A DNA stretch of 64,000 bases from Candidatus Gastranaerophilales bacterium. Its GTDB lineage: Bacteria > Cyanobacteriota > Vampirovibrionia > Gastranaerophilales > Gastranaerophilaceae. The position numbers and the translations under genes are program-made. Where the stretch lies: positions 31,873 through 95,872 of the forward strand of contig CALVBY010000001.1 in NCBI GenBank assembly GCA_944325905.1, read 5' to 3'. The stretch's first letter is position 1; every line of letters starts with the position of its first letter. This document shows positions 26,231 through 34,750 of this stretch, piece by piece. The notes beneath the pieces were generated by a model that did no database searches, was not told the origin of the DNA, and saw only the letters and a program-made list of their open reading frames with translations.

Positions 26231-27517
26231 TTATTTATTTATACTTGCATCATCGCAGAGTATAACATATATTTGTTCTCCTGCTTTTGCATGGTATTTA
26301 AGCCCAGGGGTAACCAATCCAGTAATTAAACCGACACCAGCACCAACAGGTGTACCAATCGCAAATGCATTACCAATTTTGGCAGGATTAGGAATGAACG
26401 CAAACCCAATACCAGCACCTGTACCCACAGCACCTAAACCTACTGTGTAAAGTGCGACTTTACCTGCTGTCATCCAAGGTCCTTCTTTTAAAGCATAATC
26501 TCTGTAAAAAGGTTTTGCATTAAGATCAACCTTTTTACCATCCGGTAAACAAACTTCAGTTAGTTGAATATAGACACGTGCATTTTTATTAAACCATTTT
26601 TGAGGTTCAACATTAAGAACCGTACCCATAAAAACGGAATTTGCAGGAATCAATAAAGTGCCTTCTTCAGTACATATATCTTGAGGGTTTACAAATTTAA
26701 CCTTTTCACCAGCAGCCGCTAATTCAGATCTGAATTTATCAGAGAATGCAACCTCTAGAACATTTCCACTTAATACAATATTCCTTTTGTTAGTTATTTT
26801 TACAGAATGGTTTGGAGCGTCTTTTTTAATATTCAAATGCTCAATCGCAAGAACTTTTTCTAAATCAGGCCCCACATATTCTTCTTTAACTAACCCAATT
26901 TTATCTCTCAACCTTGCCAATAAAACAGCTGCTTCAGCCCTTGTCAAATAATCGTTTGGTCTTAATTCTTTAGCATTAGGATAATTAACATAAATTCCAT
27001 AAGCCAAAGACTTAGCATAAGGCTTCACAGCCCAAGCAGGAACTTGATTAGCATCATCAAAATAATTCAAAATAGAGGTATCTACAACAGATTCTCTTGT
27101 AATATGACTGATAACTGACTGAGTTTCTGATCTGGTCATAATCTGTGCAGGTTTAAACGTTTTATCCGGATAACCGTAAACGAGGCCTAATTGTTGTGAA
27201 CGCAAAATATCGGCATAATCCGGACTTGATTTTGAAACATCTGTAAATATATTAGAAATATTTACATTCAAGTTGTCGTTAGATAACAACTTTAATAACG
27301 ACTTGACAAAGTCAACTCTGGCAACAGTATCCTCAGGATAAAAATTTCCTGACGGATCAACCGTCATAATGTCATTTGAAACAACATCTACAATTTCAGC
27401 TCTTGCCCAATAATCTTTGCTGACATCAACAATTTTTGAAGCATCAGCAGCAAATACAGGAAGAACATTCCAAGCCATCAAGCTGACAGCCAACAATCCA
27501 GCAAATAATTTTTTCAT
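26231..27517 (-). CDS. SLH-domain envelope protein with C-terminal glycine-zipper segment
   Basis: Signal peptide (VFAADA). Three SLH repeats (DVSKDYWA..., FTDVSKSSPDYA..., FDDANQVPAWA...). Beta-rich middle domain. C-terminal GLGAVGTGAGIGFAF...GTPVGAGVGLITGLV. Confidence 0.8.
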   Translation of the reverse strand: MKKLFAGLLAVSLMAWNVLPVFAADASKIVDVSKDYWARAEIVDVVSNDIMTVDPSGNFYPEDTVARVDFVKSLLKLLSNDNLNVNISNIFTDVSKSSPDYADILRSQQLGLVYGYPDKTFKPAQIMTRSETQSVISHITRESVVDTSILNYFDDANQVPAWAVKPYAKSLAYGIYVNYPNAKELRPNDYLTRAEAAVLLARLRDKIGLVKEEYVGPDLEKVLAIEHLNIKKDAPNHSVKITNKRNIVLSGNVLEVAFSDKFRSELAAAGEKVKFVNPQDICTEEGTLLIPANSVFMGTVLNVEPQKWFNKNARVYIQLTEVCLPDGKKVDLNAKPFYRDYALKEGPWMTAGKVALYTVGLGAVGTGAGIGFAFIPNPAKIGNAFAIGTPVGAGVGLITGLVTPGLKYHAKAGEQIYVILCDDASINK

Positions 27518-27633
27518 TTCACACTACCTTCTCTTACCACTAGTAAACAATTTGTGTTTATAGTATAACGTACCTAATAGTTTTTGTAAAGCTAGATATC
27601 ATTTTAATATACATTAAGTAACAAGGAGATAAA

Positions 27634-29067
27634 ATGAACAAATATACAATGACAAAAATTGTTGCTACATTAGGTCCCGCTAGTAACACAAAAGAAATGA
27701 TCAGAGACCTTTATAAAGCTGGGGTCACTATGTTTAGAATAAACTCCTCGCATGAAACCCCGGAAGTTCACCAAAAAACACTTGATTTAATTCGTACAGT
27801 TGAAAAAGAAGAAAAAACTCTAATTCCGATTCTACTTGACCTGCAAGGACCTAAGATAAGAATAGGAAATCTCGATTCACCCATTGAAATCAAAAAAGGT
27901 GATGTACTAAAATTTCGTCATCAGGAAAAATTAACGGATGGCATCCTGCCTGTTGACTATGCAGGTATCGCAAAAGACGTCAAAGTCGGTGAAAAAATAC
28001 TTGTAGATGACGGCAAAATTCAATTTACAGTCACTAGCGTAGATGGAGATACTATTTCAGCCGAAGCACTTACTGATGGGCTTTTAAAGCAACGCAAAGG
28101 GATAAACATTCCGGGTTCAACAGGTAGTATTGAAGTATTAACTGACCGTGACAAGGTATTTATTGAATTCGCAGTAAAAAACAAAATAGATTACATAGGT
28201 CTTTCATTTGTAAGAACAGCCGGTGACGTTTCACAATTAAGAGATATTCTTAAAAGTAAAAACAGTAATATTAGAATTATTTCGAAAATAGAAAAACCAC
28301 AGGCTGTTGATAATATTGATGAAATTATAGAATTATCTGACGGCATAATGGTTGCAAGGGGCGACTTAGGCATAGAAATTTCATCAGAAAAAGTTCCTAT
28401 AGTTCAAAAAACTATAATTAAAAAAGCAAATTTAAAATCAAAAGTCGTAATAGTAGCAACTCAAATGCTTGAAAGCATGATTGAAAATCCGATTCCAACA
28501 CGTGCCGAAGCCTCTGACGTTGCAAATGCAATACTTGACGGCACAGATGCGATTATGCTTTCCGGTGAAACCGCAGCCGGAAAATATCCTATAGAAGCAG
28601 TCAAAATGATGCAATTAATTGCAGAAAATGCTGAAAATAGCCTTTTTTTAAGACATGATACATTTCCTAGGAGAATGATTGATCAAAATAATACTCAAGC
28701 AATGGCAATAGGAATGGCTCTTTCAGACATGATTAAAAAAGTTCCCGGTATAAAAGCAATAGTAGCTATTACAGGTAGTGGATTCACACCGACATTTCTA
28801 TCAGAAAGCAAACCTTCCGTACCGATACTTGCTTGCTGCCCGGATATAAGCATATGTCGTGCAATATTTTTATATCGTGGAGTTTTTCCTATTAATTTTA
28901 AGTTTGAAAGGAAAATTGACCGTTCATCCTTAGATAAAATGGATAGTTTTCTTATAAAAAAATTGAACTTTGAAGCGGGGGACACTGTGATAATAACCGG
29001 CTCTGTTCCAAATGTTCAAATAGGTGGAACAAACTTCATAAAAATCCACGAAATTCACAATAGTTAA
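27634..29067 (+). CDS. pyk: Pyruvate kinase
   Basis: TKIVATLGPAS, MFRINSSHE, KIEKPQAV, MVARGDLGIE, ATQMLESM, DAIMLSGETA. Confidence 0.95.
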   Translation: MNKYTMTKIVATLGPASNTKEMIRDLYKAGVTMFRINSSHETPEVHQKTLDLIRTVEKEEKTLIPILLDLQGPKIRIGNLDSPIEIKKGDVLKFRHQEKLTDGILPVDYAGIAKDVKVGEKILVDDGKIQFTVTSVDGDTISAEALTDGLLKQRKGINIPGSTGSIEVLTDRDKVFIEFAVKNKIDYIGLSFVRTAGDVSQLRDILKSKNSNIRIISKIEKPQAVDNIDEIIELSDGIMVARGDLGIEISSEKVPIVQKTIIKKANLKSKVVIVATQMLESMIENPIPTRAEASDVANAILDGTDAIMLSGETAAGKYPIEAVKMMQLIAENAENSLFLRHDTFPRRMIDQNNTQAMAIGMALSDMIKKVPGIKAIVAITGSGFTPTFLSESKPSVPILACCPDISICRAIFLYRGVFPINFKFERKIDRSSLDKMDSFLIKKLNFEAGDTVIITGSVPNVQIGGTNFIKIHEIHNS

Positions 29068-29101
29068 AAAAAAAGCCCCAAAACTGGGGCTTAAATTTTT
29101 T
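29068..29101. terminator. Bidirectional intrinsic terminator (stronger on the - strand)
   Basis: GCCCCA-AAAC-TGGGGC. On the - strand the hairpin is followed by a run of about 9 U, on the + strand by UUAAAUUUUUU. Confidence 0.8.
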
Positions 29102-29185
29102 CTAGGAAATAGGAATAGGAAGTGTCTCTCTTTACTTAAACGGAAATAATCTCTCTCTTAACATCTCTCGTGAATGTTTAATGTT
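29069..29185 (-). ncRNA. Candidate sRNA of about 115 nt, driven by copy D of the shared promoter element
   Basis: Promoter-like element at 29192-29220(-), no credible ORF (longest is a 10-codon ATG frame), three UCCUA repeats (CACUUCCUAUUCCUAUUUCCUAG), and it ends in the strong terminator. Confidence 0.35.
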
Positions 29186-29191
29186 CTCTTG

Positions 29192-29220
29192 TATATATAA
29201 AGTATATACAAAATATCGAA
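29192..29220 (-). promoter_or_regulatory. Copy D of the shared promoter-like element, oriented to the - strand
   Basis: The - strand reads TTCGAT, 17-nt spacer, TATATA, containing the exact TATATACTTTATATATA (rc of 29192-29208). Confidence 0.5.
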
Positions 29221-29263
29221 TTTCAACTTTATAAAAAACCTTTACAAAATTTAATAAAAAAAA

Positions 29264-29292
29264 TTGCTAAATTTTAGTGTTTATTATACAAT
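29264..29292 (+). promoter_or_regulatory. Sigma70-type promoter candidate
   Basis: TTGCTA (29264-69), 17-nt spacer, TACAAT (29287-92), 29 nt upstream of the ATG at 29321. Confidence 0.45.
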
Positions 29293-29320
29293 CATGAAGT
29301 ATTAAATTTGGGGTTAAGAG

Positions 29321-29545
29321 ATGTTAGTATCAGCTATTAGTAAAATTAATGCTACAAAAGCACTTAGTAATTCTGCATATCCTTTAAAAAACGCTTTTAA
29401 CGGAGACAATAACGTCAACACAATTGATAGATGCAAACCGCATTATAGCAACAATTTAAAAACAATTAACAGACGTTTTTCCGAGCACGAAACCCCTGAT
29501 ACCCCTGTAGAACCTGATGGTAAGACTCTATACCTGTTAGCTTAA
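29321..29545 (+). CDS. Hypothetical small protein (74 aa)
   Basis: Good upstream promoter and a GGGG-type ribosome-binding site. No recognisable motif. The 3' end overlaps the convergent MFS gene by 4 nt. Confidence 0.4.
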   Translation: MLVSAISKINATKALSNSAYPLKNAFNGDNNVNTIDRCKPHYSNNLKTINRRFSEHETPDTPVEPDGKTLYLLA

Positions 29546-30705
29546 TTCTTTGCATCCTCAAACAAATATTTAACAAACACAGAAAATACTGCCGGTATAA
29601 TAGAGACAGCCAACAGTACTTTTGGAATGCCGAATGTTTGTGCAACAAAGCCGTTTAAAGACATAATTATGGCAACAATTCCCCAAGAAAATCCATTAAT
29701 AAAACCACCAATAATACTTTTATACTCCGGAATAATACTTTGAGCCATGTTCATCGTAACAGGGACTGCAAGCATAGTAACAAAACCCATTAAAAAGTAG
29801 GTAGCAAAAGAAATATAAGGATAAGATTTATAAGTTAAAACAAATAATAGCATCAGAGGCAAAGTGGAAATCATTGAAAAATAAAAAACATTTTTCGTAC
29901 CAACAATCTTTTCAAACTTATTGCTTAACATAGAGCCAAAACCACCAACAAAAATAAATACAAAAAGTGCCATACCAATAAAAAATGGTGAATAGCCCAT
30001 ATCTTTCCACAAGAAAGGCAATAGTATAAAACAAGATGTTGAAATTAGAGACTTCAACATAGAAATAACATTTAGAATATTGAGTTTTCTATTTGAGAGT
30101 ATTTGTACAAATGCATCCTTGATATGATAGTGGGGCTTTTTAATTTGCAAATTTGACATCTTAGGAACAAACTTAAACATAGCAAAAGCCCAAAACAAAC
30201 CAATAACAGATAATACTGGCATCTTTTCCAAACCAAAAAATTGGGCAATAAAGGCTGAAAGCAATGGTCCTACCGAATAACCTAATGTACCCATTCCGAG
30301 GAAAATTCCCATATATTTGGCAGTGTCTGGACCAGAAAACTTATTTGCCAATCCCAAAGCCTGAGGGTGGAATAAACTTGAACCCAAACTTCCTAAAATT
30401 ATAAAAAATATCATGTGAGACAATTGAACAGATGCTGGGGCAAAAGGGATAAAACACGATGTAAGCAAAAGTCCCCAGAAAATAAATGATCGCTTAAACA
30501 TGTTATCCGCAAAAAAACCGAATACCGGTTGCAAAAGAGAAGACACAATATGTGACATACTCAAAACAATTGTAGCAATTGCCATTGATATACCAATTTT
30601 AGCAGCTATAAAAGGCATAATCGGATTTAAAAATCCTGTGTAAATATCATTTACAAAATGTCCGCCTGCAAGCCAAATTTGAGGTAATTTATTATCTTTC
30701 TCCAT
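29542..30705 (-). CDS. MFS transporter
   Basis: About 12 hydrophobic helices. N-terminal GGHFVNDIYTGFLNPIMPF resembles Fsr-type MFS proteins. Confidence 0.8.
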   Translation of the reverse strand: MEKDNKLPQIWLAGGHFVNDIYTGFLNPIMPFIAAKIGISMAIATIVLSMSHIVSSLLQPVFGFFADNMFKRSFIFWGLLLTSCFIPFAPASVQLSHMIFFIILGSLGSSLFHPQALGLANKFSGPDTAKYMGIFLGMGTLGYSVGPLLSAFIAQFFGLEKMPVLSVIGLFWAFAMFKFVPKMSNLQIKKPHYHIKDAFVQILSNRKLNILNVISMLKSLISTSCFILLPFLWKDMGYSPFFIGMALFVFIFVGGFGSMLSNKFEKIVGTKNVFYFSMISTLPLMLLFVLTYKSYPYISFATYFLMGFVTMLAVPVTMNMAQSIIPEYKSIIGGFINGFSWGIVAIIMSLNGFVAQTFGIPKVLLAVSIIPAVFSVFVKYLFEDAKN

Positions 30706-30764
30706 AACAAAGCAATTATCATAAAAACAATTATAAAAATCAATTACAAAACAGTTTAGAAAAA

Positions 30765-31553
30765 TTAATTTTCAGAATGATATCGTCTACTAACAGCATA
30801 AACACCAAAGATTCCGATAAAAAGCAAAATACAAGATACAATGACTGCAATTGGTAAACTGGCAATATTTAAAACACTATCAACTCTTATAAACTCTACA
30901 AATATCCGAGCAATTGAATACAAAATTAAGTACCAGAAAAATACAACCCCACTCTTTTTACACTTAGACAAAATAAAAAGCAATACAAAAAATATTAAAA
31001 GGTCGGCTAAAGATTCATACAAAAAAGTAGGATGAAAAAATTCGTACGAAATATATTGAAAAGGTCGATTGTCAATAGGAATAAAAACACCCCAATCTGA
31101 GTAGGTAGGTATGCCAAAAGCTTCCGAATTAAAGAAATTTCCCCATCTTCCAATAGATTGAGCAAATATAGTAGCACATGCCAGCACATCCAAAACTTTT
31201 AACAAATTTAATTTGTATTTTCTTGCTATAAAATAAAGGGCTACAACTCCCGCAATAATCATTCCATGAATTGACAACCCACCTTGTCTAATATCAATAA
31301 CTTCCGCTACGTGAGAAGAATAGTAGTGAAAATTCACAAGACAATAATAAACTCTTGCGCCAATAATTCCAAATATGATGACAAGCGGAGCGACATCAAT
31401 GAAAAAATCTTCTGGAATATCCGAAAATCTACGGGCCAAAAATTCCGCTACACAAACACCGCAAAAAGCAGCAAACGCCAAAACAATTCCATACCAGTAG
31501 ACCGGAAAATTAAATATGTAAAAAGCAACCTCACCAGGGGACTGAATAATCAT
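30765..31553 (-). CDS. lgt: Prolipoprotein diacylglyceryl transferase
   Basis: VYWYGI, GGLSIHG, GRWGNFFNSEAFG motifs. I chose the ATG at 31553, just after the upstream gene's stop codon. The longer frame to 31577 is an alternative. Confidence 0.88.
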   Translation of the reverse strand: MIIQSPGEVAFYIFNFPVYWYGIVLAFAAFCGVCVAEFLARRFSDIPEDFFIDVAPLVIIFGIIGARVYYCLVNFHYYSSHVAEVIDIRQGGLSIHGMIIAGVVALYFIARKYKLNLLKVLDVLACATIFAQSIGRWGNFFNSEAFGIPTYSDWGVFIPIDNRPFQYISYEFFHPTFLYESLADLLIFFVLLFILSKCKKSGVVFFWYLILYSIARIFVEFIRVDSVLNIASLPIAVIVSCILLFIGIFGVYAVSRRYHSEN

Positions 31554-31554
31554 A

Positions 31555-32127
31555 CTAATCTTTGTCAACAGCCTCAAAAGGCAAACTTAAAGCTTCAATT
31601 TTTTGTTTAACTTCCTCTGCATCAGAAGCATCAGGAGATTTTTCCAAGTAAATCTGATAATTGGCAACCGCATCCGAACGCAACTCATTAATTTTCTTTA
31701 CGACATCATCAGAAACTTTATATTCTTCATCATCTTCATCCGGTTTGTATGTATACAAATTACCGTCGTCGTCAAATCTTACTTCCCCGCTTTTCAAATC
31801 AAATGACAAATTTTCCTCAGCAACCGCAAGTGAATAATAAGAATCAGGAACTGAACCATCAATACCTATAGCATCTTTATACTGCTGAATAGCATTTGCA
31901 TAATCCCCTGCTTGCGTATATGCAACAGCCAAATTGTAATGAGTTTCAAAAATAGTATCATCCAAATCAATACTAGATTTTAAACGTTCAATAGCACCCG
32001 CATAATCACCCTCTTCCAGGTAAACCTTTGCTTTTGAATTAAGCTCTTGTACTGCAAAATTATTAATACAGGCAGTTGAAATTACCGATACAAAAAGTAT
32101 ACTAGCCAATAGAAGTGCTTTTTTCAT
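31555..32127 (-). CDS. TPR-repeat lipoprotein
   Basis: Lipobox-type signal (LFVSVISTAC) and two to three TPR-like repeats (GDYAGAIERLKSSI, GDYANAIQQYKDAI). Confidence 0.7.
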   Translation of the reverse strand: MKKALLLASILFVSVISTACINNFAVQELNSKAKVYLEEGDYAGAIERLKSSIDLDDTIFETHYNLAVAYTQAGDYANAIQQYKDAIGIDGSVPDSYYSLAVAEENLSFDLKSGEVRFDDDGNLYTYKPDEDDEEYKVSDDVVKKINELRSDAVANYQIYLEKSPDASDAEEVKQKIEALSLPFEAVDKD

Positions 32128-32238
32128 TTCATCCCCTCATTAAAACAATCAACGTGTAAAGTAATTATAAGGTAAAAATAAAAATATAGCAAATTTTATT
32201 AATTTAAGTTACAATTAGAGCAAAAGGAGAATCCATAC

Positions 32239-32484
32239 ATGGCCAAAATAGTAAAATTAGGAGCGAAAAACCAAAAGGAAGAATCCGAAGATAAAGATCT
32301 CGTATATTGCAGTTTTTGTCACAGACCAAATACTCAAGTTCTAAAAATGGTTCAGGGACCGGGTGTGAATATTTGTTCAGAATGTGCAATGATTGCAGTG
32401 CAGTATCTTATCTTGAACGATAGAATGCCTTCTGCAGAAGCACAACAAATTCTTGATGCATTTTGGGGGAAAGCAAAAAGATAA
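32239..32484 (+). CDS. Stand-alone ClpX-type C4 zinc-binding (ZB) domain protein (81 aa)
   Basis: YCSFCHRPNTQVLKMVQGPGVNICSECAMIAVQYL parallels the ClpX N-terminus (CSFCGK...GP.V.ICDEC). No AAA+ module follows. Confidence 0.75.
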   Translation: MAKIVKLGAKNQKEESEDKDLVYCSFCHRPNTQVLKMVQGPGVNICSECAMIAVQYLILNDRMPSAEAQQILDAFWGKAKR

Positions 32485-34070
32485 TGACTAATGGAAATGT
32501 TAGACAATTGAATCCATTTGAAATAAAAGCCGAAATTATCAACCTTATTTCAAAGTTCACAGATGTAAATGACATCTCCAAATATGTTGAAAAAATTCAA
32601 TTTCTAGACAGTCAAAATGATAAAAAGACAATAGCAAAAATTTTATACAAAGAACTATATAATCTAAAAACAGAAGATGGCACCATAATATGTTTTCTGT
32701 TGGAAAGATATGCTGACAAAGAAGAACTTGTCAAAAAACTTTGGGATTTATTAAAAAATCCTGTTGTTGCAAACAATGTAAAAATCGTAGCGGTTAATTT
32801 TTTGAGAGGTTTGGATTCAAATTGGGAACTTGACACCGGGGATGAACTTCTTAACGCAGAAATTATTGATTCAGATACAAAGAAACTCCTTAATAACGCA
32901 ATAGTTAATCCGGAAGTTCAAATTGATTTTTTAGACTTTTTAACCTCACTTAGCAGCAATGACAAAATAACCCTAATAGATTCACTAAGCAACGATTATT
33001 CACAAGATGCACTTGCAAATATTTTAATTCCTGTATTCTTATCTCAGCCTGATAGTGAAGTTGGAATTGAAGCCTTAAAAATTTTAGGAGAATCAAAATC
33101 ACAATTAGCATTCCACGCTCTAAATACAGCTTTGGAAACTGCAAATGACAAAATCAAACCTCTGATAAAAAAGAGCCTGTCAACATTAAAAATTGCCGGG
33201 ATAAGAGAAGACAACTCCGTTGAGTTTTATAAACAAATTCTCTCTGACTCAAATCCTTACAAGTTTTGTGTAACATACCCTGACGGGCATGGAAATCAAG
33301 CTATTATATTTACAAGAAAAACAAACGAGAACAAAATAAAGTTTGTAGCAATAGTTATAGATGATTACCACGGCATACGTGATTGCTTTGGATTTAACGA
33401 AATTTCAGAATTTGAATGCGACAAGATTATTGAAAGATTCTACAAAAAAGAAAAAGAACTTTATGTTGAACCTCAAATTCTTAAAAAAATACTTGATAAC
33501 GCCGAAAAAATTTCACAAGAAAGCTCTAATAATTGGCTATTGCCCTATGAATATGTTTGTTGGAAAAACCTGCTTGCGGACATAGAAATCCCTAAAGAGT
33601 CAATTGAGGAGATTTTAGCTCAAAAACTTAACAAGCAAAATATTTCAGAAAAAGATTTGGAACAAATTTCATCGCTGGATTTTATGGACAAATGGTTTTT
33701 GGATCCAAACTACAGCGATGAATTTGAGGATGTCATAAACCAAAGAACAACCGATTTTAATAAGCTCATTGAAGAAAATGTAGATAAAGTTTTCTATAAA
33801 GATGAAGAATCGATCTGGTCCAAAAGATTATTGATGTCAGCATATCTTGAATTATCTCAAGGAAAAGCTCAAACTGCAGAACTTCTTTACAACTTGTATT
33901 TTGATAAAAAACACCTGCGTGAATTTTTCAAGAATATACTAAGAAAAAGCATATACGAATACTATATTTCATTAAAATTTGATACCGAATTGAACAACGG
34001 AAGATACTCCATAAAAGAACTTGATGAAATTATTAAGAAAATTGAGGGGCTATGGGTATGTACAAAGTAA
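32484..34070 (+). CDS. Hypothetical protein (528 aa), alpha-helical repeat-like N-terminal half
   Basis: Its ATG overlaps the TAA of the ZB gene (TAATG), suggesting translational coupling. No motif recognised. Confidence 0.65.
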   Translation: MTNGNVRQLNPFEIKAEIINLISKFTDVNDISKYVEKIQFLDSQNDKKTIAKILYKELYNLKTEDGTIICFLLERYADKEELVKKLWDLLKNPVVANNVKIVAVNFLRGLDSNWELDTGDELLNAEIIDSDTKKLLNNAIVNPEVQIDFLDFLTSLSSNDKITLIDSLSNDYSQDALANILIPVFLSQPDSEVGIEALKILGESKSQLAFHALNTALETANDKIKPLIKKSLSTLKIAGIREDNSVEFYKQILSDSNPYKFCVTYPDGHGNQAIIFTRKTNENKIKFVAIVIDDYHGIRDCFGFNEISEFECDKIIERFYKKEKELYVEPQILKKILDNAEKISQESSNNWLLPYEYVCWKNLLADIEIPKESIEEILAQKLNKQNISEKDLEQISSLDFMDKWFLDPNYSDEFEDVINQRTTDFNKLIEENVDKVFYKDEESIWSKRLLMSAYLELSQGKAQTAELLYNLYFDKKHLREFFKNILRKSIYEYYISLKFDTELNNGRYSIKELDEIIKKIEGLWVCTK

Positions 34071-34459
34071 TGGCACTTGACATAGGGACAAAACGTATAG
34101 GTATAGCTTTGAGTGACTATCTTTTGATGATAGCCAACGGACATTCATACGTATCAAGAGAGCCAGAAGAAAAAGCCATTGAAGAAATCTCTAGGATAGC
34201 CAAAGAAAACAATGTAAAAAAAATTGTAATAGGATTACCTTTAAATATGGATAATTCTGAAGGTTTCCAAGCAGAAAATTGCAAAGAATTTGCAAAAAAA
34301 ATAAAAAATTATGAGATAATATTTGAGGATGAAAGATTAACCTCAGAAGCTGCTGAGGAGAACCTTCGTAACAAAAAAATCGATTTCAGAAAAGATAAAG
34401 GTCTTGTTGATATTGAAAGTGCTTGTATTATACTGGAACAATATCTGGCAAGAAAATAA
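34058..34459 (+). CDS. ruvX: Holliday junction resolvase-like RuvX/YqgF
   Basis: ALDIGTKRIGIALSD...IVIGLPLNMDNSEG...FEDERLTS. Start chosen 8 nt after GAGGGG. ATGs at 34052 and 34070 are alternatives. Confidence 0.88.
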   Translation: MYKVMALDIGTKRIGIALSDYLLMIANGHSYVSREPEEKAIEEISRIAKENNVKKIVIGLPLNMDNSEGFQAENCKEFAKKIKNYEIIFEDERLTSEAAEENLRNKKIDFRKDKGLVDIESACIILEQYLARK

Positions 34460-34476
34460 AAGAAAGGAAAAGTAAA

Positions 34477-34749
34477 ATGACAGAAGAAGAAAAACAGTTA
34501 ATTGAAACAGTTGATGAAAATGGTAACGTTATCAACTTTGAATTATATGATATAGTAGAAGTTGAAGGTCAGGAATATGCATTGTTAATTCCTGCAGAAT
34601 CAGATGCAGAAAGTGACGAAGAAGAACTCGTTCTAATGAAATTATATCAAGAAGGTGAAGACTATGTTTTTGAAAGCATTGACGATGATGATGAATTCAA
34701 TAAAGTTGCAGAATATGTAGAAAGTATGGACGTAGAAGAGGAAGAATAA
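34477..34749 (+). CDS. DUF1292 family protein
   Basis: DENGNVINFELYDIVEVEGQEYALL...ELVLMKL with an acidic tail, in the usual position after ruvX. Confidence 0.8.
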   Translation: MTEEEKQLIETVDENGNVINFELYDIVEVEGQEYALLIPAESDAESDEEELVLMKLYQEGEDYVFESIDDDDEFNKVAEYVESMDVEEEE

Positions 34750-34750
34750 T

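Noticed and set aside
26166-26450. The + strand 94-aa ORF overlapping the 3' end of the SLH gene.
   Set aside because: It is the antisense reading of the glycine-zipper segment (PAPTGVPI… mirrors GxxxG repeats). It has no ribosome-binding site and begins in the upstream intergenic region.
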